Shown: positions 34,598 through 64,000 of the stretch, one piece after another
How positions within the stretch are numbered: the stretch's first letter is position 1
Layout of the letters: each line of letters opens with the position of its first letter
From: Ophelia neglecta
Lineage: Eukaryota
Assembly: GCA_965285935.1 (NCBI GenBank)
Contig: OZ260663.1
Span: 1,240,001-1,304,000 of the forward strand
Direction of reading: 5' to 3'
DNA: 64,000 nt
Made by a program: the position numbers and the translations under genes
Notes under the pieces: model-generated
What the model saw: only the letters and a program-made list of their open reading frames with translations
Told to the model about the DNA's origin: nothing
The model's database searches: none

Positions 34598-36862
34598 AAG
34601 AACAGCTATAGGCATTATATATGTTAATGATCTCCCAATTAATAAAAAAAAACATGCATTTAATATATAAATGAAGAGTTTTCTGGTAGATAATGTTGTT
34701 TTTTTTGGAAGATACAAGCATTAAGGTATTTTCTTTTATTGATATCGATTTGATTGTTTTCAAGATTATAAGAATTATTATTGTTATTTCCAAAAAGCGT
34801 AGTTCTTCACTTTAAAAAAAAATCTGTGTTCTGATTTCTGTCCGAGACCAGTGTATTCCCAGATTCTTCAGTTATATAAAACCATGCACTTTAGGCATTG
34901 CTTACTATTATGTGTGTTGTATGATGAGGGGACATATAAACCTGCAGGGGTCAAGTCCCCATTGTCCAATGACAATTAATATAGATAAATGAACCTGTAT
35001 ATATCGTTTAAGTTGACTCAGTTGTACTTTTGTTGGACATTACACACTCATAAAGGGCCATGGTATATTAAGTAGAAAGAAGTACCCAGCTTAAGAATAG
35101 AATCAGTGACGTGGCCTATTAAGACTTAGGCCCAGATTAAAGAGAATACTGTATAATAGTTGACAAATCTATGCAAGACGGGCCACCCAAATATTATTAA
35201 AGTGGTTATGTATAAAAGGCCGATTAACTGTGTGCCAAGAAGGAAGAAACTGATAGACTATACCCGTCTCACTTAACTTTAATACAAGCTTATTTTCAGT
35301 TGAGGAGCTGGTTATGGATGTTTGTTGGCCTGATATTGATAGTTTCTGATGATTTCGGACCCATTTAAAGACTATTTTGGATCAATGACTTTGCTATGTC
35401 AACCGGGTATCCAATTCCGTTTTTCATATTCTTTGTTTTATACAGCAGTGCGTTATGCATATTTTGTTGTAAAGGTAGTTTTTTTTCATTATTTTATGAT
35501 TTATTATAAAACCTGAGCAGCATTGGAGAGCAGTTTTATTAATAGAGCTACCCAGGATAAACCACTAGCTATGTGCTTCAAAAGGCTCTTTTGATCTACG
35601 CATAAACTTTTTATCAAAATGAAACTTCCGCGTCTGTTAAAAACTTTGATTGATTGATTGATCCATTGATTGATTGTTTATTAATAATATTCGATAACAT
35701 GATGAGAAATATATTCAAAATGTATACTTAAAAAACAAATCGCTTTAATGTAGACATAGGTACTAAAACGTCAATGCTTTATTTCGCAAAATTCGCGACC
35801 ATATCCAGCGAGCGACAACTGTCTTGTTTCAGCTGCTATTGTGTCTGCTCTCACAGTGTGTATTGAAAGGATTTCACTAGTTCCGTTGTTGATCTCAAAG
35901 AAGGGACCTAGATGTGAGTTGTGTGCATCTGTCCGCTTGTCCTTTCACCTATCTCCAGAAGGTTCTACTTAAAGGTTGTTTGTGTTTTTTGATTCAAATT
36001 GACTTCATGTAAAAATAAGTTCCTTCCTTCATAATCCATAAAACCCTAATACAGCTTTGCTGTATCACTAAATAAGTTAACAACTATAAAATTGTTAAAA
36101 GCTGTGCACTGTGTATGCCTGTGTGCAGTATACAGTGTGGTGACATGTAAAAATTACTTACATTTTCAGATTGTGCCTTTGGTGCCACATCCTGGGCATC
36201 ATCTCTTTAGTAATCTATTCACATTATTCACTTTGTTTCCCTTTTCCTTTGCACACAAATATTTCCCATGAAATGTGTGCTGTCGTTAGGGGTACACAGT
36301 TATCCAGTGTGCCCATACCATAAAGATTTGGGCATATAACGTTTTAAAGTATTAACTATTCAAATTAATCAACAATTGTAGAATCCCCTCATTGGTACTT
36401 TCTGTTTTCTGAAAACTACTGTCTTTGTCTTGGTTACTACTGGGTTTGATAGCGCTGTATTTGATACTACTGTTTTGCAATGTCCTGTTCTAGGTAATAC
36501 TGATTTGGAAAGTCCTGCCTTGGATACTACTGTCTTTTCCCTTCAACATAAAGTTGTACTACTAATCTACTTGCTATAGCTTACCATTCATTATTCATGC
36601 GTTTTGGCAAATTTACATTGATAAGCCACCACCAAGAAAATAAAAGGCACAATCGCACTCGCCGGTATCTAATCTCGAAATGGGCGGCATCTTGCCTAGA
36701 AAATTGATTATATATTCCAAATTAGTGTCACGAGACAGGTAAGCGCAAGACACCACATTATTCCAACCTCTGGCTCAGCACTGGCAGATCTAGAGGCCAA
36801 AGGGTCGGCACGACACCCTTTCTCTCCTCGCGAGATCCCAGGCAGCCTCTTAAGCTTGTGGG

Positions 36863-55800
<18,938 letters not shown>

Positions 55801-58775
55801 GATCACTGGCGTCTTCAAGCACAGGCCAACAGCTAGGTCAATATTTACACATTTTAAAATCCATATATATCAGAGTTGACCCTTTTTACAGAAAGTAACT
55901 ACTTGTTCTTAAATATATTAACTGCTTCTACCAATTACTCTACCAGCATCATTATATAATGCTTAACATACTATTTAACCATATACTTTGTAAATGTCTA
56001 ATACTCTACGCTGTTTATAACTTAACTTGCTTCTTTCTACCTTACTTAACTGAATTTCTCCAGGTTATAAAGGCCATTCAACCATCAGCACCAAATAATA
56101 TTTGACGACAGATTTGGACACCTTCACTAATAACACGCCTGATTATCACGAATGTCCCGAGAATGGAATATGAAGCTGAAGGCACCTCTAACACATCGTA
56201 TATAGGACATATTTATTGTTATGGTTTAAAATAAAATTTGGTATGGCGATCTGCAATGAATTACGCAAAGTTCCTTTTTGTAAACCATTGGTTAAAATCA
56301 TGTCTTATTTACGGAATGCAGCTAAATAAAGTCACAGACACTTTTTGCTTAAGGCAATATTTTTCTTAAATCTAGTGTACAACTTTCTACGTTGTTCTTT
56401 CTACGTTGTTGCCGCATTTCGCTGCTGATGTTTAAACTAATCAAAGTGAACGTGTTTGCAAAAACCAATAAATGCGTACAAGCTGTACAAAATGGACTCA
56501 ATAACCGCTTAACCAAATATTGATCAAATAGTAATTGGTTTTTAATGGACAAGGTGCCATTTGTTTATGTGTGTGAACGAATAGCGTTAAACTGCTTCTG
56601 GCACTTTGTTTACTATGATGAAGCATTTTCCTAGTCATCTGGTGAAGATGACCATGATAAATGGCTTGTTGGCGCGATTGGTGAGGTTTTTCCGGGGTCA
56701 ATTCAACTACAAACTAAAGGATGGCTAATTGACCATTTCTTAATAGCTCAGATACATATTTAGATTACTGCTGTACATACTATCAAACTCATAAAACCGC
56801 GCTATGCAACCGTTAACAGTATTAGACCAAGTAGATATTTTCATTTGGTAGTGCCAGTTCAAACTCGCAGTTTTATGTAAGCACGTATCATTTATTGCTG
56901 GTTACGGTATGTGCCCTTTCTTGTATTTTGTGTGAGTAAATTATATAATATGCCTTATAGCATTTGTTAAAAGATGTAAATAACACTTATTGTCATATGT
57001 TTGTTGTGGGATGTAGTCGTCCGGTGAAAGGACAAAAATGGCAGTTGTAAGTTAAGTCTAAGATCATTTGTATTGTTACTTCGTGTTGATTTAGTTATTT
57101 ATGTCTAACTTAATCCCAATCTTTTTAGAATTTATTAAGAAACTAAGGTATGCGCCGTTATAGAAATGCAAATGTTGGATTTCGATTTTGTAAACATATA
57201 ATTATTACATAGTAAATGTTGATTTCGGCATTTGAATAAATTGAAGATATTATAATGTATCAGGCGTTACCTGCTGAAGATACATTAATTTGTTCTAAAG
57301 GCTAAGGTCAGCAAACTGAAAAGAGATCTGTTGCCATCAAATCTTTAAAATAGCATCAACGGAAAAGTGTTATATAAATTTTCAATAAACATTTTTGTTT
57401 AAACTTGGTTGTAATATGAAATCCCATAAGAACGGTTTATCTAAGAAGATAATCACTGATAATATTGTAATACGTCTACAGGTACTCATCTCAGGTTGTG
57501 TGTACGTACGGCTGCTGTATTGATTTGGTTTTCACGCAATTTTTAATTAATTGAAATTGCGAATTATTTCAAGGCATCATGTTTATTTTGGCTTCAATGT
57601 TTTATTTTTTTTTCTTTACACTATATTGGTATTTTAAACATTTCTCTGAATTAATTTTATTAATACACGTTTGAAAAACATAAGATATGAATCCTGCAGA
57701 TTGTTAATTCAGCCTAAGTCACGTTAAAATAGTTTCCTCGAGAATCACAATTTGTATAGATTAGTAAGTAATAATGCGATTATACACTGACGATTCTGAT
57801 AGAGATAATCTGAAATATCTTCTAAATATCTTGTCAAACTAGGGGAGAATTTAAGGTATCCTAGTTCGCTTGGCACCTATTTTATCTCGTAGCGGCTGCT
57901 GTCTGCATCCATAATGAAACAAGAAAACACGCTACCTGTTTAAGGCAAGCAACAGTATCTATCGCTGTTAACGATGACTGACGTAGGTTACTACTAATAT
58001 TACGCAAAGAAAGATCAAATATGTTAGAATTATTTAAAAATAATTGTATATTTCCATTTGAATGCATTATTGTACACATCTGTGATCCAGGACTGCAATA
58101 AATCTGCACCAGATACTCACAAACTTGGTAGTGTTTGTTACATAATTAACTATATCTGACGGAAGAAGAAATTAGACTTAAGTTTAAGGATAGAGAAACG
58201 AGTTCTCTCCAAATTTATGTAAGTCATGGATATGTCTTTATGCTTCAGAACGTTTTAGCATAAGTGTGAAGACAGTTGACAATTGCAGTTTGCTGAGAGT
58301 CGTTAAATGTCTATGGTGACGTAAAAAAATCCCTTTATAATAGCAATTTCACCCTCATATCTTAAATTATGTATAACAACGGGTTACCTGGCTTAAGAAA
58401 TTCACTTACAAGACTTGTTCATAAGACTACATGGCACATTCATATGAATACAAAATTAAACATCCTGACCGGAATTGACCATAACTATAAGAAAGGTTAC
58501 TGATGATGCTCTATGCGAAAAACATTTATTGTGAAAAAATTATAATTACAAAAACATTACTTTTTACTAATTAACACTGATTTTGACCATTAAAGTACGC
58601 CAAAAGTTTCAAATTTTATATTTGAGCCTTTTAGTTACATGAAACGCCATTTTTGACGACAAAGCCGATATCATATCATAGAAACATTCGGTTATGGTAT
58701 TATAACACGTCATATTATCAGTCACATTATCAAAGCCATTGGTGACTATGTTATAATGATTGTAATTAAAATTTT

Positions 58776-58776
58776 G

Positions 58777-58837
<61 letters not shown>
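58776..58837. repeat. (ATA)n microsatellite
   Basis: About 20 ATA units. Confidence 0.98.
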
Positions 58838-58838
<1 letters not shown>

Positions 58839-59157
58839 CACATTTATTAAGGGCTCGGTATCTGGTTTATTACAGTTCAAAGCCATTTCACTTTTTTATA
58901 TTCTTATGTTTCATTTTTCAACCAGTTTACGGCAAATCAAGGAAATACAAGCTTGCCATATATACACCATACCTATATACACACAATGAGCAACCACTCC
59001 ATCTTTTAGCCACACGCAATCCTCAATTTCAACAGCCTCATCTAGAAGCATCGGGGATCCTTACAACACCAGATAACAAGAGAGCTACCACCTATGCAAA
59101 GGACGACTGGGCCTGGATGTGGGATCGAATGCTGGTCGCAAGTGAAGCAGGACGATA

Positions 59158-60513
59158 GGACGGTACCAAGCTTATTTACAGTTGGGGGGCTGGAGATCCA
59201 TGCTTGTGGGGCGAGGGGACGGTTCCAAGCTTGTTTACTGTTGGGAGGCTGGAGATCTATGCTTGTGGGGCGAGGGGACGGTTCCATGCTTATTTACATT
59301 TGGGAGGCTGGGGATCCATGCTTGTGGGGCGAGGGGACGGTTCCATGCTTATTTACAGTTGTTAGGCTGGAGATCCATGCTTGTGGGGCGAGGGGACGGT
59401 TCCAAGCTTGTTTACAGTTGGGAGGCTGGGGATCCATGCTTGTGGGGCGAGAAGACGGTTCCATGCTTGTTTACAGTTGGAAGGCTGGGGATCCATGCTT
59501 GTGGGGCGAGGGGACGGTTCCATGCTTATTTACAGTTGGGAGGCTTGAGATCCATGCTTGTGGGGCGAGGGGACGGTTCCATGCTAACTTACAGTTGTTA
59601 GGCTGGAGATCCATGCTTGTGGGGCGAGGGAACGGTTCCATGCTTGTTTACAGTTGGGAGGCTGGAGATCCATGCTTGTGGGGCGAGTGGACGGTTCCAT
59701 GCTTATTTACGAGGCTGGGGATCCATGCTTGTGGGGCGAGGGGACGGTTCCATGCTTGTTTACAGTTGGGAGGCTGGGGATCGATGCTTGTGGGGCGAGG
59801 GGACGTTTCCATGCTTGTTTACAGTTGGGAGGCTGGGGATCCATCCTTGTGGGGCGAGGGGACGGTTCCATGCTTGTTGACAGTTGGGAGGCTGGGGATC
59901 CATGCTTGTGGGGCGAGGGGACGGTTCCATGCTTGTTTACAGTTGGGAGGCTGGGGATCCATGCTTGTGGGGCGAGGGGACGGTTCCATGCTTGTTTACA
60001 GTTGGGGGGCTGGAGATCCATGCTTGTGGGGCGAGGGGACGGTTCCATGCTTATTTACAGTTGGGAGGCTGGGGATCCATGCTTGTGGGGCGAGGGGACG
60101 GTTTCAAGCTTATTTACAGTTGGGAGGCTTGGGATCCATGCTTGTGGGGCGATAGGACGGTTCCACGCTCATTTACAGTTGGGAGGCTGGAGATCCATGC
60201 TTGTGGGGCGAGGGGACGGTTCCATGCTTATTTACAGTTGGGAGGCTGGAGATCCATGCTTGTGGGGCGAGGGGACGGTTCCAAATTTACAGTTGGGCGG
60301 CTGGAGATCCATGCTTGTGGGGCGAGGGGACGGTTCCAAGCTTGTTTACTGTTGGGAGGCTGGAGATCCATGCTTGTGGGTCGAGGGGACGGTTCCAAGC
60401 TTGTTTACTGTTGGGAGGCTGGAGATCCATGCTTGTGGGGCGAGGGGACGGTTCCATGCTCATTTACAGTTGGGAGGCTGGGGATCCATGCTTGTGGGGC
60501 GAGGGGACGGTTT
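59158..60513. repeat. 59-bp G-rich minisatellite, ~23 copies
   Basis: ggacggttccatgcttgtttacagttgggaggctggggatccatgcttgtggggcgagg repeated. Confidence 0.98.
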
Positions 60514-63500
60514 CTGAGTAATGCAGATCAATTAAATGAACTATTTTGATTACTGATTTTGCTCTGTCTTCCTGGTCCATTGGTTAGCAGCGACACCTAG
60601 AGCACCAGGCTAGTCCAGCAACATGGAGGCCTTGTGTATAATTCTCTGATGAAGGTTGTTTCCTCCTGTTGATCATTCACGAATGGGGATTATGTTAATA
60701 CATTAAGATGAGCAGCGATAGTCATTATAAGGCAACTTACCCAAATGTGATGCAAATTGTCATCAACAGATTATGGTTCAAATTGTCACCTTGTTACTAA
60801 ACAATGAGCTAATCTATGGCATCTGGTCTTTTAATTTAAGGTGTCGTGAGAGTGTTGCCTGGCAGGAAGCAATGGACAACTTTAACTGTAAATGTAGTTG
60901 ATCCACAAGGGTACTCTACGTAATTTCTTTCAGTAAAAGCAGACCAGCAGCAGGAGCGCCAGCATACATCACATGCCAATGATGGGCTTTTATTTACTGT
61001 AAGGTCATGTAGTCCAGAAAATACTATTAACCATAAGGTACAAGATTGGTGTATCAATATTACAGTAAACTGTGGGGGGTTTCTAGAGCACAAAGGTACA
61101 CCACAACTCCCCACCCCCCGCACTCAGATGCTTAGTTCCAATCTAGGAAGTTCAAATAATAAATCCGAGAAGAGCACATTAGATTTCATAGCATTACTAA
61201 GAGACACTCAGAGATCTTGGTCAAGAGGGTCTTTTTTTGCACATATATTATAGTTTGCAATACAATATGATATTTATTATACAATAGAGTCAATTAATTT
61301 TAATACATCAGTCACAATAATGAATGTATTTAAGTTTTCATTTACTTTTTATGTGCGTTGTCCGATTTTCGCCGATTTTCGTAATGTTTTTGCAGCATTT
61401 TTGCTTCCAATAGCAGGCAATATTTACATTATTATATCTAATGTTATTGTTTCACCTACACAGTATGGATTTATCAATGGAAATTATTCATGACACGAGT
61501 CAGAGCATAAAACAAAAGATTCATTGGCCGACAAAGGAAAACATGAAAGATGGAACATATTTCCTCTTTGTCTTCTGTGAACTCTGACGGTTTTATTTTT
61601 TTTGCGCATCATGTGACACTATTGAATTCTAAGGAGAGTTTATGTTGGACTAAATTTATAACCATAGATCTTGACTGAAAGATCAGCCCGGAGTGTTTTT
61701 TTTAGGTATATCATTAATGAATTTCTTGGTTTTTCCTCTGTAAGCAGGGAACTTGAACATCCATCTTAAGTTTTAGCAAATTTCACATTCAGTCTCACAC
61801 TTGTGAGAAAGCTTACTCCAACATGGATCTCTCTGTTCTACGTAGAACTCTAACTCGTTTGCTTTGTGCTTTGACTCGCATCATGTTCAATGGATGATTA
61901 CTTCTCATTGCAGGTGAAGTCGTTTATTGTTATTACTAATTTCAAAACCACCTTAGTAACGGGTAGAGAACCAGAGATTGATGTCGGTTCGACTGCAGCT
62001 GACAGTTCCGGATGATTTCGAACTGATTTGATAGACTATTCAGGGTTAATGGTGTATATAAGTATACATTCCATAGCAATAGATAATAGGAAATTATGTT
62101 TATTGTCCATTGTGTGTCGGCAGTGTCTCACAGGTAGCATCTAAATTGTTCCAAAAGAGTTCAAAAAAAGAAGGATCATATCAAGTTTAATCTAAAAATT
62201 AGTTAAAGAAAAAGTCATGATGAGAATGAATGGAATACATGGCAAAATCATTAAAAACCTAGAGTATGCACAGGGTGATCATAACCATTAAAATACATGT
62301 TGAACAAATAATAACTCGCGCAGTTTATTGACCATATTACACATGAAGATACACAACACACAAGCAAGTAGGTATACGGTTTGTGTGATTCCAGCACACA
62401 AGAGTGTCTGATTTATTTTCTTTGAATGTATATGTATATAATCATAAAGAATTATACTACGTTATTGCATCTGGTATATTCTGATTTATTAACATTAATA
62501 TACGGCTGACAGTATTAAGGTCACAGTACCCCGTTATGTTTTATTGTAAGAGGAGGGCGTGGAAGTGGGTCGCTCCTTCTTAAAACATCTATTGCCAAAG
62601 ATGGTCCAGAGAACCTGTTTATATTCAGCGGCAACAATCACAAATGGTTTGGTCCTACAGTCAATAAGCCCAGGTACTTAACCCGAGATATGAATCCAAG
62701 AATATACACATCATACCTCACAGACTATAACAAGAGATACCAGGGCGTCTAGCTCAACATGGGTTGTCTACGGTTTACAGCAGCAAACATAAGTTGTATA
62801 GTAATGTTTCAAATATAATAGTTCATATAACAATAACATAGTTGTGTGGGGCGTTATGCATTCTCATTAGCCGAACTTGAATAATTAGCAGCCCAACTTA
62901 GCTATTTGCTCAGGACCACGGAGGGCTGCTAATTATTTATTTAGGTACACTGTGAAATAGTATGTCCCAGAGACTACTACAATCTTAAGAGTATACTGAA
63001 CCCCTACTGGATGTAACATGTTATAATTAATTTCTGTCGACGATTACCATATATACAACAAACTTTCATAATATATAGTGCCCACTAGGTACCAAGAAGC
63101 CAATGAGTGGAAATTTCTGAAAAAAAAAAAAAAAATTATGACTTTGTAGCACCTTTTGTCAGAAAATATAGGTTTTTTTTCAAAGGTTGCCATGGAGCAC
63201 TTAAATTATTTATAAGTGTGACAGTTGTGCCAATGTGTTCCTAAGATTGTAAACTAGTAAAGGGTCATTCAGATTTTCCTTATTCCTCTCCTAACCAGTG
63301 ATTTTAATAGGCTTTGTAAGTAGTCATCTAATATAGTACTCATTATTGGCTATCTCAAATTTGGCGATTGATTACTAATTGATTGAAAATCTTATAACAA
63401 ATCTGAATGACCGTTTACTAGATCTAACTCTTGTTGACAAGTTCCCGTTTGCGGATTCTAATTCGGATAAAGTTTGACGAGGCCAGCGTTGTTTGAAAAT

Positions 63501-63774
63501 GATGAAAAGCTTCCGATTGACACCAGCTCATCTTCCCGGCTAATCAACAAAGAAGGCGCCGGAACACTGTTTTTCTCACTTGGACGCCTGGATTTGGCTT
63601 GATGCGTTCTCACCTTTTCACTAGCCACTAGGGCAGTATAGTCTGCTACAATCTCACAAACTGACATTTTCTTTCCACCAATCATAAGCGTAATTTTGGG
63701 ACTTTAGTCGGTGAGTTTAAGTCTGTTGAATTGTCACTTGTTCAGTTCCACGTGGTTAGCCACGCCGACAGATT

Positions 63775-63820
63775 TTGATTGGCTGTGATGCCGTCGCGTC
63801 AGCCCTTGTGGGCGGAGCCA
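63775..63820. promoter_or_regulatory. Possible promoter elements (CCAAT box in reverse orientation and a GC box)
   Basis: gattggc and gggcggag in a locally CpG-rich patch; no associated gene identified. Confidence 0.25.
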
Positions 63821-64000
63821 AGTAGGGGAGATTAGTGGTATCAGACAGATCATCTGGGGCCGGTTTCTGGTGGCGGTATTAAGCCTTAATCCGATTAAAA
63901 AATGGTATGAAATTGCTTAATCGGTATTAGCTAATTAATCGGGTTTCTGGAAAGTGTATTAGGTATTAAATATTGGTGATTTGGTATTAGATCTTAATCC

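Noticed and set aside
12300-36800. Functional coupling of the NLR and CLCN7 through a shared bidirectional promoter
   Set aside because: The genes are separated by many kb of LINE debris, and adjacency alone is not evidence in a eukaryote.
58756-58989. Poly-isoleucine ORF
   Set aside because: It is the (ATA)n microsatellite.
59094-60549. Long repetitive ORFs (353, 287 and 221 aa) as proteins
   Set aside because: They follow from a stop-free 59-bp unit read in rotating frames; no domain or splice support.
61740-63700. Possible exons of a third gene, including ORF 63458-63685
   Set aside because: No recognisable protein motif or consistent splice pattern.

Overview
AT-rich animal genomic DNA with spliceosomal introns, most likely from an invertebrate; it is not prokaryotic. 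Two multi-exon genes lie head to head. (1) Minus strand, ATG at 12205, running off the window start: an NLR-type immune receptor with three CARD-like exons, two 138-nt linker exons and a large NACHT-WH-HD2 exon. Instead of ordinary 28-aa LRR exons, it then has at least two near-identical 67-73-aa exons that resemble the HD2-tail/first-LRR end of the NACHT exon and are interleaved with a ~41-bp satellite. (2) Plus strand, ~36863-55800: a CLC-7 (CLCN7-type) Cl-/H+ exchanger gene with 21 coding exons that I could reconstruct. It has a U12-type intron, one frame-breaking splice junction and several radical substitutions at normally conserved sites. The rest is LINE fragments (two with clear target-site duplications), a MITE-like element, a ~10-kb mosaic of duplicated G-rich segments and many minisatellites. 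Several minisatellites are tandem copies of an exon end plus its 5' splice site. All exon boundaries were deduced by eye and need RNA-seq confirmation.
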